From Candidatus Shapirobacteria bacterium (GTDB taxonomy: Bacteria > Patescibacteriota > Microgenomatia > UBA12405): a DNA stretch of 64,000 bases. The stretch spans positions 430,819-494,818 of the forward strand of contig JBAZYN010000001.1 of NCBI GenBank assembly GCA_041659325.1. Reading direction: 5' to 3'. Numbering within the stretch: position 1 is the stretch's first letter; every line of letters starts with the position of its first letter. The position numbers were made by a program, and so were the translations under genes. This document shows positions 1 to 10,193 of the stretch, piece by piece. The notes below the pieces were generated by a model. That model was not told the DNA's origin. It did not search any database and saw only the letters and a list, made by a program, of their open reading frames with translations.

Positions 1-43
1 GCAGATTGTCCAAAAGTACCCTGTATTATACCAACAAAAACAA

Positions 44-156
44 GCATAGCCACGTTTATTTGCAAAGCAAATTTAAGTGGCGTCGCCACGTTGTCCGATG
101 AAAAGTCGGACTTACGCGGCACAGCAACGTTTATTTGCGAAGCAAATATTACGTTG
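44..156. repeat. Array of three ~37-40 nt palindromic modules directly 3' of tRNA-Val(TAC)
   Basis: Modules GCNNAGC(C/A)ACGT-[ATTTGCGAAGCAAAT or GTCCGA..TCGGAC hairpin]-TTA(C)GT. A similar array lies at 1850-1996. Confidence 0.85.
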
Positions 157-229
157 TGGCTGTTGAGGGACTCGGACCCCCGACATCTTCGATGTAAACG
201 AAGCGCTCTACCAACTGAGCTAAACAGCC
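157..229 (-). tRNA. tRNA-Val(TAC)
   Basis: Reverse complement GGCTGTTTAGCTCAGTTGGTAGAGCGCTTCG-TTTACAT-CGAAG...GGTCCGAGTCCCTCAACAGCCA folds as a cloverleaf. Confidence 0.95.
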
Positions 230-278
230 ATCCTGGCCTATTTTACCAAAAAACCCAAAAATATCGCTTCGCAAAACG

Positions 279-1460
279 TTACAATTTGGCTACAGAGACC
301 GAAACATCCTTCTTAAAAAGTTTCCAGTATATAAATACTACCGGAAGTACTATTATTTCTCCAATTATTAATGCCTGGCCCGGGGATAGTTTGTCCGCAA
401 TAAAGCCTAATAAAAATGCAAATAATGCAAAGAACAAATTACCAGCAAGGCTGTTCAGGCTTACCATAGTTGCCCGTTGTTTATCAGTGAACTCCCTTTG
501 GAACATAGTATCTTTAGCTACAGAACCTACACCATACGAAAATGATGAACTAGCCATAAGAACAGGAGAAAATACACTTGGGTAAATGACTGCTATCAAA
601 CTAACAATATGACTGTAAATCTTCCCCGGCATGAATGACTTGAAATAACCAAATTTTTTAATAATTTTCCCACTAATGTTCATTCCGATTGCCGCCAAAA
701 TATTAGACAACATTCTGTATATCCCAATCGCCCATACCGGCCACAACAATGCAATAAAAGCCGAACTGAATTGATACATTGTCTCGCCGACTCCATATTC
801 AAGCACTGATGCGATGCTTAATAATCTTAGTTTTGAATTATCCTTAAATTTTAAAATAGCCTCTTTAAGGTGTGAATAGATATTTGTCCGGTCTGATTTA
901 TTTTGAATCTTTGGTTCAACCATCAAAAAACCTATATACAAACAGATCAATTGAGGTATTAGAGATAGCCACATCACAAAGGCAAATGAAAAATAAGCGA
1001 TTACTCCACCAAATAGTGCTGATCCGGCCAAAGCCCACTGAAACATAGAGCTAACTTTACCGGAATGCTCGGCATAATTCTCCTCTTGGCCATATTCTTT
1101 CAATGAATCATGCAGGAGTGCCTGATTATTACCACTGTAAAAAGACCTGGCTAATCCAGCAAAAATACTCCCCATCGCCAATATTAAAAAATTCGTCCCA
1201 ATTGCATAACATATCAATGTTAGAACTGCCATTAATGCCCCCAAAATAATCGTTTTTCTTCTGCCAATAAAGTCAGAGAAAATCCCGGTTGGTAATTCGA
1301 AAATGCTCGCAGACAACATCTCAATCGAAAGTACGGCTAATCCCAAAGTATAAGATCCGGAAACTTTCGCAAAGTAAATTATTGCCACAGGAGCATACGG
1401 TCTAAAGTCAGTGAAAAAGTTGAACCAAGTTAACAGCTTAATATTTCGATGAAATTCCAT
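279..1460 (-). CDS. MFS transporter
   Basis: About 12 hydrophobic segments and MFS motif A-like ELPTGIFSDFIGRRKT. Start set at MEFHRN, which is preceded by TATAAT. Confidence 0.88.
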   Translation of the reverse strand: MEFHRNIKLLTWFNFFTDFRPYAPVAIIYFAKVSGSYTLGLAVLSIEMLSASIFELPTGIFSDFIGRRKTIILGALMAVLTLICYAIGTNFLILAMGSIFAGLARSFYSGNNQALLHDSLKEYGQEENYAEHSGKVSSMFQWALAGSALFGGVIAYFSFAFVMWLSLIPQLICLYIGFLMVEPKIQNKSDRTNIYSHLKEAILKFKDNSKLRLLSIASVLEYGVGETMYQFSSAFIALLWPVWAIGIYRMLSNILAAIGMNISGKIIKKFGYFKSFMPGKIYSHIVSLIAVIYPSVFSPVLMASSSFSYGVGSVAKDTMFQREFTDKQRATMVSLNSLAGNLFFALFAFLLGFIADKLSPGQALIIGEIIVLPVVFIYWKLFKKDVSVSVAKL

Positions 1461-1644
1461 GGTCTTATTATAGTAAAAACAGGGGTGATAAGGCGAATTT
1501 ATATTTTTATGAGAATAGGTCCAACTCTTATCGCCAGTATCCAAGATTTCCGGGCCAACAATAAAACATTATTATTTACTCGTACTCGGTAAAAACTTGA
1601 TTTTAGGAGAATTTTAAACTACGACACAACCATCATCATCTTTG

Positions 1645-1717
1645 AGCGAGAGACGGGACTCGAACCCGCGACCTTCTCCTTGGCAAGGAGACGCTCCACC
1701 AATTGAGCTACTCTCGC
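1645..1717 (-). tRNA. tRNA-Gly(GCC)
   Basis: Reverse complement GCGAGAGTAGCTCAATTGGTGGAGCGTCTCC-TTGCCAA-GGAGA...GGTTCGAGTCCCGTCTCTCGCT. Confidence 0.96.
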
Positions 1718-1744
1718 AAAATAATTCAAAAGAACAAAAATAAG

Positions 1745-1817
1745 TGCCGAAGGTTGGACTCGAACCAACATCCCAGGTTTTTCAGACCAGTGCCGTGACC
1801 ATCTTGGCTACTTCGGC
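1745..1817 (-). tRNA. tRNA-Phe(GAA)
   Basis: Reverse complement GCCGAAG...CTGGT-CTGAAAA-ACCTG...GGTTCGAGTCCAACCTTCGGCA. One T-T mismatch in the anticodon stem. Confidence 0.9.
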
Positions 1818-1849
1818 AAGAAGTATCTGTATTATATCAATTAATTTTT

Positions 1850-1996
1850 GCGCAGCCACGTTTATTTGCGAAGCAAATTTAGGTTGCATAGCAACGTTGT
1901 CCGATGAAAGGTCGGACTTATGTTGCATAGCAACATTTCCACCAAAGCAAATTTAGTTGCGCAGCCACGTTTATTTGCGAAGCAAATATTACGTGG
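1850..1996. repeat. Array of four palindromic modules directly 3' of tRNA-Leu(CAG)
   Basis: Same modules as 44-156. The last module overlaps the tRNA CCA end. Confidence 0.85.
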
Positions 1997-2084
1997 TGCC
2001 ACGGGTGGGAGTCGAACCCACACATCCGGTTTTACGGATACGCCGTTCTGAGCGACGCTTGTCTACCAGTTTCAACACCATGGC
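1994..2084 (-). tRNA. tRNA-Leu(CAG)
   Basis: Reverse complement GCCATGGTGTTGAAACTGGTAGACAAGCGTCG-CTCAGAA-CGGCG, long variable arm, GGTTCGACTCCC, encoded CCA. Confidence 0.95.
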
Positions 2085-2157
2085 AAGTACCGATATTTTA
2101 TCATCCCAAAGGCCTAGCGCATAACACTCGCAAATTTGATAAAATATCCTGAAAAGC

Positions 2158-2228
2158 GCGGGATTAGTTAATCGGTATAACTTCACTTTTCCAAAGTGAA
2201 ATGATGGGTCCGACTCCCATATCCCGCT
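2158..2228 (+). tRNA. tRNA-Gly(TCC)
   Basis: GCGGGAT...TCACT-TTTCCAA-AGTGA...GGGTCCGACTCCCAT-ATCCCGC-T. Confidence 0.9.
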
Positions 2229-2274
2229 CAAAAAGAAACAAAAATAATAAATAAAAGTTAAATCAATTACATAT

Positions 2275-2628
2275 ATGAAGCTTTTGCCCATAAAACCAAC
2301 AATAAAATTTGATGATCTTGAGAAAATCGACATTCGTGTAGGAACAATCGAAAAAGTTGAAGACATCGAAAATTCAGATAAGTTGGTCCGGCTGACTGTT
2401 AATTTTGGAGATTTTAAGCGAATTATTTTGGTTGGAATGAAAAAAGAGCGAGAGAACCCAAAAGAAATTGAAGGGAGGCAGTCTTTGTTTGTCGTCAACC
2501 TCGAACCCAAAAAAATGATGGGCGAGTTTTCAGAGGGGATGATATTTGATATCGGATACACAAATGAAATTGTTCCGGTCCTATCTATGCCCGAAAAACA
2601 AGTTCCTGACGGGGTAAATGCAGGTTAG
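2275..2628 (+). CDS. tRNA-binding OB-fold protein (CsaA/Trbp111 family)
   Basis: IDIRVGTIEKVEDIENSDKL...VVNLEPKKMMGEFSEGM signature. Confidence 0.9.
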   Translation: MKLLPIKPTIKFDDLEKIDIRVGTIEKVEDIENSDKLVRLTVNFGDFKRIILVGMKKERENPKEIEGRQSLFVVNLEPKKMMGEFSEGMIFDIGYTNEIVPVLSMPEKQVPDGVNAG

Positions 2629-2655
2629 TACGGAAGATTAGAATAATTTTCATCG

Positions 2656-3003
2656 TCAAAAGCGAGGGTCCATCAAGGTTACGGATATAAAATAAATTAC
2701 AAGAAATAAAAGGGCAAGGACCGCATACCTCTCGAGTTTTGAGTTTTTCTTATTCATTATGACCTTCGGAATTGCCACTACAAGAAACACCTCAACCCCA
2801 AATGAAATAAATCCAAAACCCGCAATTACTTGCCGTATAAGAGGGGAGAACACTAATAAATCCTCGTTTACATTTCCAAAAAAATCCAAAAAAGTAGGAA
2901 TTTTGAAAATATCCTGGGTAATATCTTTCAAGAGATGAACTAAAACGACCAGGAAAAAAGCAGGAAGACAAAATCGCCAGATTTTATACAAATATTTCAT
3001 CAT
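2656..3003 (-). CDS. Small membrane protein (about 3 TM segments), hypothetical
   Basis: ORF with three hydrophobic segments. Start placed at the ATGATG pair. Confidence 0.65.
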   Translation of the reverse strand: MMKYLYKIWRFCLPAFFLVVLVHLLKDITQDIFKIPTFLDFFGNVNEDLLVFSPLIRQVIAGFGFISFGVEVFLVVAIPKVIMNKKNSKLERYAVLALLFLVIYFISVTLMDPRF

Positions 3004-3153
3004 TAAATAAGCTAATTTTACTCCATTAATTAGCAGACCTCCGCTTCCCAATATTCTTCCAAAATATCGCCACTATTTTTTAACTGTAGTTTTTATCCTG
3101 GAAAATCCCATCCCGGAAACCGGAACCAAACCCAAAAGTAGTAAACTATAAAC

Positions 3154-3948
3154 ATGTTAGATAATTTTAGAATTTACGGGAAACCTCCATTTGCTGTCGT
3201 ATTGGTACACGGGGGTCCTGGCGCCCCGGGTGAGATGAAACCAGTGGCCAAAAATTTATCAAAAAACTTCAGTGTAATCGAGCCCCTCCAAACCAAAAAT
3301 TCCATTGATGGTCAAGTTGAAGAGCTCAAATTAGTAATTGAAAGAGAAACGACCCACCCTGTTTACTTGATTGGTTGGTCTTGGGGAGCTTGGCTTAGTT
3401 ATTTGCTTGCCGCCCATTACCCAAATTTGGTAAAAAAATTAATTTTGGTAAGTAGCGGACCGTTTGAAGCCAGTTACGCCGAGAGGATAATGAAAACAAG
3501 GTTAAAAAGATTGTCAACACCAGAGCAAAAAAGAGTTAATAAGATTATCCAATTACTCCAAACGGGAAAAGCCAATGACATCATTTTCAATGAATTTGGT
3601 AATTTAATGAATAAGGCAGATTCGTACAATCCACTTTCCCATCAGGGCAGGGGAGATATTGAAAAATCAAATTTTCAATCAGAAATTTATGAAAAAGTAT
3701 GGTCAGAAGCCGATGCTCTTCGAAATAGTGGCAAATTACTCAAAAGTGGAATAAAAATAACGTGTCCCGTAGTCGCAATTCATGGCGATTTTGATCCACA
3801 TCCCTCCGCGGGAGTTAAAAAGCCTCTATCGGCAATTTTAAAAAATTTCCGTTTTTATTTGCTAAAACAGTGTGGGCATCACCCCTGGTTTGAAAAAGAA
3901 GCTAAAGATAAATTTTATGAGATTTTATTTCAGGAGTTAAAATCCTAA
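3154..3948 (+). CDS. Alpha/beta hydrolase
   Basis: HGGPG oxyanion motif, GWSWG nucleophile elbow, HGDFDPH and CGHHPW catalytic motifs. Confidence 0.92.
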   Translation: MLDNFRIYGKPPFAVVLVHGGPGAPGEMKPVAKNLSKNFSVIEPLQTKNSIDGQVEELKLVIERETTHPVYLIGWSWGAWLSYLLAAHYPNLVKKLILVSSGPFEASYAERIMKTRLKRLSTPEQKRVNKIIQLLQTGKANDIIFNEFGNLMNKADSYNPLSHQGRGDIEKSNFQSEIYEKVWSEADALRNSGKLLKSGIKITCPVVAIHGDFDPHPSAGVKKPLSAILKNFRFYLLKQCGHHPWFEKEAKDKFYEILFQELKS

Positions 3949-4134
3949 AATCTCTAACATCCAAGTACTCTTTGAAAATATTTAATTGCAAAATCAAGTC
4001 GGTCGTAAAAATAATGCCAAAGACCATTTATAATCCTGATCAATAAATCCGATTCAATCATAACATCAATCTTGTTAACACACGGGAATTATTATAAATA
4101 TACATAAATTGACAGTAGTGTGATAATAAATCAA

Positions 4135-4539
4135 ATGCTAAAAGTTTATGTCGCGCATTCAGGAAATTTTGACTACAAAACAGAACTTTACACCCCCCTA
4201 AGGATCTCCTCCCTAAGCTCACAATATCATTTTGTCCTACCTCACGAAAGTAATGGATTCGTTAATTCCAAAGAAATAATAAAAAAGTCAGATTTAGTTA
4301 TGGCGGAGGTTTCCCATCCATCTACTGGCGTAGGTATTGAGTTGGGTTGGGCCGATAGTTACCACATACCAATCTTATGCTTCTACAAACAGGGAACAAA
4401 GCTCTCTGGTTCACTAAAAGCTATTTCTAGCGCTGTCGTTTCCTATTCTAATCCAACAGACATGCTTAAAAAAATCGAAGACTTTTTATCCGAGAAGTTT
4501 TCGATTAACCAGTTCAACTCTGACAACCCCACTCCATAA
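4135..4539 (+). CDS. Nucleoside 2-deoxyribosyltransferase / deoxynucleotide N-hydrolase-like protein
   Basis: SDLVMAEVSHPSTGVGIELGWA matches the NDT/RCL(DNPH1) fold signature. Confidence 0.75.
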   Translation: MLKVYVAHSGNFDYKTELYTPLRISSLSSQYHFVLPHESNGFVNSKEIIKKSDLVMAEVSHPSTGVGIELGWADSYHIPILCFYKQGTKLSGSLKAISSAVVSYSNPTDMLKKIEDFLSEKFSINQFNSDNPTP

Positions 4540-4559
4540 TATCCAAATACAGTCAAAAG

Positions 4560-5171
4560 ATGAAAGATTTATCTTCAAAAAAACAAACAAAAACCCGTGT
4601 TCACTTAAGCATTCCCGCCATACTGATATTCATCTACTCCCTAATAACAATATATTTCTTTTATTTCAAGTCAACAAGTGAAAGTTACAGCCTGACTCAA
4701 TCATGGAAGGAGTATTATGCTCTTGATGACTGGAACCTTTGCCTACATGCCCAAACAGATATTGACGGCGATGGTCAAAAAGACATTATCACTTGTACCA
4801 GCTGCGCGATTTTGTCCTCAGTTTCACCAAAAAACATCCCCACCAACAAGCAATGCCAGGAGCCGGGAATGTCGTCTATTGTCTTTCCCGACAACACCAC
4901 TACCATAGGCCAAAATTTAACTTCCTCAAAACCTTTTTTATATCAATGGCCCAAAAAATCATATTTTGTAAAAACGCAAAACAATGTTTGGAAGCATTAC
5001 GAAATGAACGGATTACAACTTAAAACCTACGAGTTGGGAGAAAATAATCTATTTATAGAAGTTAAGCCAACTATTTCTGATATAATTGACACGTTTACTT
5101 ATCAGATAAGCCATCTTGGACTACCTCTGGTTTTCTTCATTTTCAGCATCCCAACATGGTTCCATTCATAA
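4560..5171 (+). CDS. Membrane-anchored hypothetical protein
   Basis: N- and C-terminal hydrophobic segments, a DIDGDGQKD Ca-binding-like motif and several Cys. Confidence 0.65.
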   Translation: MKDLSSKKQTKTRVHLSIPAILIFIYSLITIYFFYFKSTSESYSLTQSWKEYYALDDWNLCLHAQTDIDGDGQKDIITCTSCAILSSVSPKNIPTNKQCQEPGMSSIVFPDNTTTIGQNLTSSKPFLYQWPKKSYFVKTQNNVWKHYEMNGLQLKTYELGENNLFIEVKPTISDIIDTFTYQISHLGLPLVFFIFSIPTWFHS

Positions 5172-5231
5172 TAAATTAGTCGTTTTCTACCCATCGGAAC
5201 AGGGGATGAAACCAAAATACATTAACAATCC

Positions 5232-5316
5232 GCCGCTGTGGTGAAATTGGTATACACGCAAGACTTAAAATCTTGTGGTCTCAAAAACCGTGTGGGTTCG
5301 ATTCCCGCCAGCGGCA
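5232..5316 (+). tRNA. tRNA-Leu(TAA)
   Basis: GCCGCTGTGGTGAAATTGGTATACACGCAAGA-CTTAAAA-TCTTG, long variable arm, GGTTCGATTCCC. Confidence 0.96.
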
Positions 5317-5338
5317 CTAAGTTATAAATTAAAGAATT

Positions 5339-5548
5339 ATGGCATTAATTGACCGAATTTTAAGTCCATTTGGACTACAAATTACTCCCGTCAGAGAATT
5401 AGTCGTCCGAGACTCCAGGGGGAGAATTATTGATCGACATCCATTAACAATAAGACCTAATGGAACACCAGTGTTCGATGCTTCTGAAGTTGATACCGGA
5501 AATTCCCAATTTCCGGAAACAAGAAAAATTATTACAAGAATAATTTAA
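5339..5548 (+). CDS. Small hypothetical protein between two tRNA genes
   Basis: A 69-aa ATG ORF fills the Leu-Pro tRNA spacer. No recognised motif. Confidence 0.5.
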   Translation: MALIDRILSPFGLQITPVRELVVRDSRGRIIDRHPLTIRPNGTPVFDASEVDTGNSQFPETRKIITRII

Positions 5549-5553
5549 ATTAT

Positions 5554-5627
5554 CGGGGATTGGCGCAATTGGCTAGCGCGCACGGTTTGGGACCGTGAGG
5601 CTGCAGGTTCGAATCCTGTATCCCCGA
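5554..5627 (+). tRNA. tRNA-Pro(TGG)
   Basis: CGGGGATTGGCGCAATTGGCTAGCGCGCACGG-TTTGGGA-CCGTG...GGTTCGAATCCTGTATCCCCGA. Confidence 0.96.
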
Positions 5628-5674
5628 CTGAGATCGTCTTGTTTGTCGGATGATAATGGGTTAAATTAGTAAGG

Positions 5675-6499
5675 ATGATAGGATTAATGATCATTTTGGG
5701 GGTGATTTTGCAGTCATGGCTGTTAGTGGGAATACCCAAAAAAACAAATTTGTTGAAAACCTTAATAATATTTTCGATTTCGTTGCTGGTTCTGGGACTA
5801 TTTAAGCAGAAGCTTTTTGAAGATAAATCTGTGTCATTATTGATTTTCTTCTACATTTGCATTTTTAGTGAAGCTTTCCGTAATGAAGCCCTACCTGTAA
5901 TCAACGAAAAGGTGCTGGTGTCGTACCTGACATTATTGGGGTATGTGTTGGTAAAGGTATCAGTCTTGATGATTTTATTATGGGCAGATATTAGTCTAAT
6001 CATGCCGATAGCGGTGGTAATGGGGTTACTTTTTTGGCGAGTTTTTAGCAGTCGACCTTTTGGCGTGGCTGAAAAATTTTTGGCTTACACATTCTTTTTG
6101 GTGCTTTTGGTACTAGTCCAGACAGCTAGTTTTTTAACACAAGAGGCATTAATTGAACAAGATAGGATGCGGGGTGTTTCGAATTGGGAACTAATTTTGT
6201 GGGGGATGTCGATTCTCTATAGTAGTTTCTATATTTATCAGCTGTTAAGCCTTATCCCAATACCGAGTAAAACTCAGTCATTTTATCAAAAGTGGAAAGA
6301 TGTTAAAAGCCAGGTAAAATTATTTGTGAAAAAATATTCCGATAAACAGGCACAAAAGATAGAATTATTGTTTTTGGTTTTGCTGCAGGGGCTAATTTAT
6401 TGGGCCAATGAGAGGTGGCAACTGTATAGTTTTTTGGGTATAACAAGCTTATCAATAGTAGTGATTCCGCAGCTGTCGGCACACCTTGGTAAACATTAA
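5675..6499 (+). CDS. Polytopic membrane protein, hypothetical
   Basis: 274-aa ORF with about 8-9 hydrophobic segments. Confidence 0.7.
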   Translation: MIGLMIILGVILQSWLLVGIPKKTNLLKTLIIFSISLLVLGLFKQKLFEDKSVSLLIFFYICIFSEAFRNEALPVINEKVLVSYLTLLGYVLVKVSVLMILLWADISLIMPIAVVMGLLFWRVFSSRPFGVAEKFLAYTFFLVLLVLVQTASFLTQEALIEQDRMRGVSNWELILWGMSILYSSFYIYQLLSLIPIPSKTQSFYQKWKDVKSQVKLFVKKYSDKQAQKIELLFLVLLQGLIYWANERWQLYSFLGITSLSIVVIPQLSAHLGKH

Positions 6500-6745
6500 A
6501 AGATAGGTTTTAGTTTTCTACCCATATTTTGTCTGACATAATGTACATCAACATTTTTATATTAGCTAGTTTTAGGATTCAGTTATTAAATTTTTGCGTT
6601 TAGAGCCGACAGTTTTGTCCAATCGACCGTGTCTGCCATAGCTTTAGCGTCGGTGAGGCTCCGCCTCTTCGCCGCGCCCCACCCGCAGCATACCGCGCGA
6701 CCTGCCCGTGATAGGTGTCCCCAACTACGTTAGTCACAGTAAAAG

Positions 6746-6777
6746 TCTCCCTTGTCAAAGGGAGATTTAGAGGAATT
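6746..6777 (+). repeat. CTCCC..GGGAG palindrome family, intergenic copy
   Basis: TCTCCCTTGTCAAAGGGAGATTTAGAGGAATT, related to the copies at 8967, 19588 and 54354. Confidence 0.85.
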
Positions 6778-6796
6778 AAAATATTATTTGTTATAA

Positions 6797-7900
<1,104 letters not shown>

Positions 7901-7902
7901 CT

Positions 7903-8964
7903 ATGGGAAAAACTTTTTTATGTATTAATTTCGGTTGCCGGGTCAACGCTGCCGAAACCAACCAATTCGCCCAAAAGTTAATTAGCGATGGTTATACTCC
8001 CCTCCTTTCTTCAAAGGAGGGGCCGGGGGTAGATTTAATCTTCATCAACACCTGTTCCGTCACCGCCAAAGCCAACATCGAATCTCTTGGCAAAATCCGC
8101 TCTCTTCGTCATCAGTACCCAAACGCAAAAATTGTCGTTTCTGGATGCGCCGATTTAAGAAATATTGAAGTATTACCGAATATTTCCATTATCAACAATG
8201 TTGAAAAAGAAAAAATTCTTGAAAAAATCAATGGCGCCTATCGCCCGCAAATAGGGGACAAGTTTAGTCATACCCACCGCTATATCTTAAAAGTTCAATC
8301 CGGCTGTACCCACAATTGCTCGTATTGTACCGTGCCCCAAAAAAGGCCATATCTGTGGTCTTTACCCATTACCACAGCCATCGATACGGTAAATCAGGCC
8401 ATAAAAAACGGCTATCAGGAAATCATCATCTCCGGCGTAAATCTCGACCAATACAAGTATGGTTTTTCCACCCTAATCGAATCTCTTTTAAAAAACACAT
8501 CCGTTCCCCTTATCTCCTTCGGCTCCATCCCCCTAAATTGCATCGATAGTCGCTTCCTTTCCCTAATGACAGATTACAGGTTACAGATTACCAATTTCCT
8601 CCATATTCCCCTCCAATCCGGCTCCGACAAAATCCTAAAACTCATGCACCGCCCTTACAATGTTAAAAAAATAAAAGAAATCTTTACTTCCTTAAAAAAT
8701 ATCACCCCCCGCCCTGTCAAGGGAGGGGCTGGGGGAGGGTTTAGTTTTGGTACCGACATCATTGTCGGCTTTCCCGGGGAAACCGATGCTGAATTTGAAG
8801 AAACATATAATTTGTGTAAACTTATCGGTTTTTCCAAAATCCACGTCTTTAGATTTTCCCACCGGCCCAATACTCTTATTACAGATTATTACAAATCGTG
8901 CCTTAAACCATCTAAAGTTGACATCAAATCCCGCGCCGAAAAACTCCGAAAACTTTCAACATAA
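7903..8964 (+). CDS. Radical SAM methylthiotransferase (MtaB/MiaB family), apparently without a TRAM domain
   Basis: NFGCRVN, INTCSVT, CTHNCSYC, HIPLQSGSD and TDIIVGFPGET motifs. Confidence 0.88.
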   Translation: MGKTFLCINFGCRVNAAETNQFAQKLISDGYTPLLSSKEGPGVDLIFINTCSVTAKANIESLGKIRSLRHQYPNAKIVVSGCADLRNIEVLPNISIINNVEKEKILEKINGAYRPQIGDKFSHTHRYILKVQSGCTHNCSYCTVPQKRPYLWSLPITTAIDTVNQAIKNGYQEIIISGVNLDQYKYGFSTLIESLLKNTSVPLISFGSIPLNCIDSRFLSLMTDYRLQITNFLHIPLQSGSDKILKLMHRPYNVKKIKEIFTSLKNITPRPVKGGAGGGFSFGTDIIVGFPGETDAEFEETYNLCKLIGFSKIHVFRFSHRPNTLITDYYKSCLKPSKVDIKSRAEKLRKLST

Positions 8965-8966
8965 TG

Positions 8967-9002
8967 TTCTCCCTTGTCAAAGGGAGAATTAAAGAGGGAT
9001 TT
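8967..9002 (+). repeat. 36-bp dispersed palindrome, exact copy 1 of 3
   Basis: TTCTCCCTTGTCAAAGGGAGAATTAAAGAGGGATTT is identical at 19588 and 54354. It lies between convergent genes. Confidence 0.95.
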
Positions 9003-9069
9003 ATATTGTTATTTCACCCTTTTTCTCCCCATTTACTAATTACTGATTACAAAGCTAATAATTTCTCCA

Positions 9070-10170
9070 TCACCTCCCAAACCACACTTCCATTTCATCA
9101 AAAACCGCATAGTTAAACGACACTTCCTGTCCCGGAAACCGCGCATTTTTACCCCAAATACAGGCTTTATTAACATCATCCCGCATTTGGCTAGAAATCC
9201 GTTTCAAGACATCATCAATAGTCTTTGTTTTTTTCATAATCAGCGGTTCTTTTTTATCACCCTCGGTATTTCTCTCATACCTCAGATATACCCGAACAAG
9301 TCCCAGCTCCCTCCAAATTTTTTCCTTTAATTCTTCCAGGCCAATCTCTTTATCCGCACTTAAAAATAATACTTCCCCGGTTTTTACTTTCGACTTTAGA
9401 CTTTCGACTTTAAAGTTATCAATTTTATTGATAATTCTCACTACCGGCATATATCTTCTGGATTTTGACAAGCCATCAATCAATACATCTACACTTTTGA
9501 TTTTTTCTCCAAACTGAATCAGAGCATTGTTATACCCCATTTCTTCGGCAATTTCCTCCACCAATTCTTTGTCAAAAGAATAATATGGATCAATAATTTG
9601 TATCGCTCCCTTATCAGTCCGGTTAATATGAATTTTGGGTGGTATCTGCCCCAATCTTATCCCCGATTTATAAAGTTCATTGGCCATAATATCCAGCCAC
9701 CCAATCCTTTTTACATCAGTCATTATCACCGCCAAGTCAGATGCTCTGATTACAGAAATCACTTTTTTCCCAAAACCTTTGTTTTCAGCCGCCCCCTCCA
9801 CAATACCGGGAAGATCCAAGATTTGAACTTTAACACCTTTATATTCCATCATTCCGGGGACCACGCCCAACGTAGTAAAATCATAATTTCCCACTTTCGA
9901 CTCAGCATTGGTCAGTTTATTGAGGAGTGTCGACTTTCCCACACTCGGTAGCCCCACCAAAACCACTGAAGCGTCACCGGAGTGTTTAATTGCATACCCT
10001 ACTCCTCCGCCTCCGCCTTTCCCCGACGAGCCCTGCAATTCATCCTGCAATTTAGCCATCTTGGCTTTCAAAAGTCCATGCAAGTGTTCCGTCCCTTTGT
10101 GGTATGGCGTGTCCCGAATCTCCTTCTCGATTCGAGACATCTTCATTTTTATTATTTCTTCTTTGGTCAT
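9070..10170 (-). CDS. DRG/Rbg1-family OBG-class GTPase with TGS domain
   Basis: N-terminal EIRDTPYHKGTEH..LKAKMAKL helix, G1 GLPSVGKS, G2 YDFTTL, G3 DLPG, G4 NKID and a C-terminal TGS region. Confidence 0.9.
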   Translation of the reverse strand: MTKEEIIKMKMSRIEKEIRDTPYHKGTEHLHGLLKAKMAKLQDELQGSSGKGGGGGVGYAIKHSGDASVVLVGLPSVGKSTLLNKLTNAESKVGNYDFTTLGVVPGMMEYKGVKVQILDLPGIVEGAAENKGFGKKVISVIRASDLAVIMTDVKRIGWLDIMANELYKSGIRLGQIPPKIHINRTDKGAIQIIDPYYSFDKELVEEIAEEMGYNNALIQFGEKIKSVDVLIDGLSKSRRYMPVVRIINKIDNFKVESLKSKVKTGEVLFLSADKEIGLEELKEKIWRELGLVRVYLRYERNTEGDKKEPLIMKKTKTIDDVLKRISSQMRDDVNKACIWGKNARFPGQEVSFNYAVFDEMEVWFGR

Positions 10171-10193
10171 TCTGATAAAATCACTAGATACAA

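Noticed and set aside
1850-1996. tRNA-adjacent array as a mini-CRISPR or integron attC array
   Set aside because: The inner segments recur as two hairpin types rather than unique spacers. There are no gene cassettes between modules and no integrase.
91-2561. ORFs 91-585, 1744-1956 and 1989-2561
   Set aside because: They run through tRNA genes and repeats, or antisense to real CDSs.
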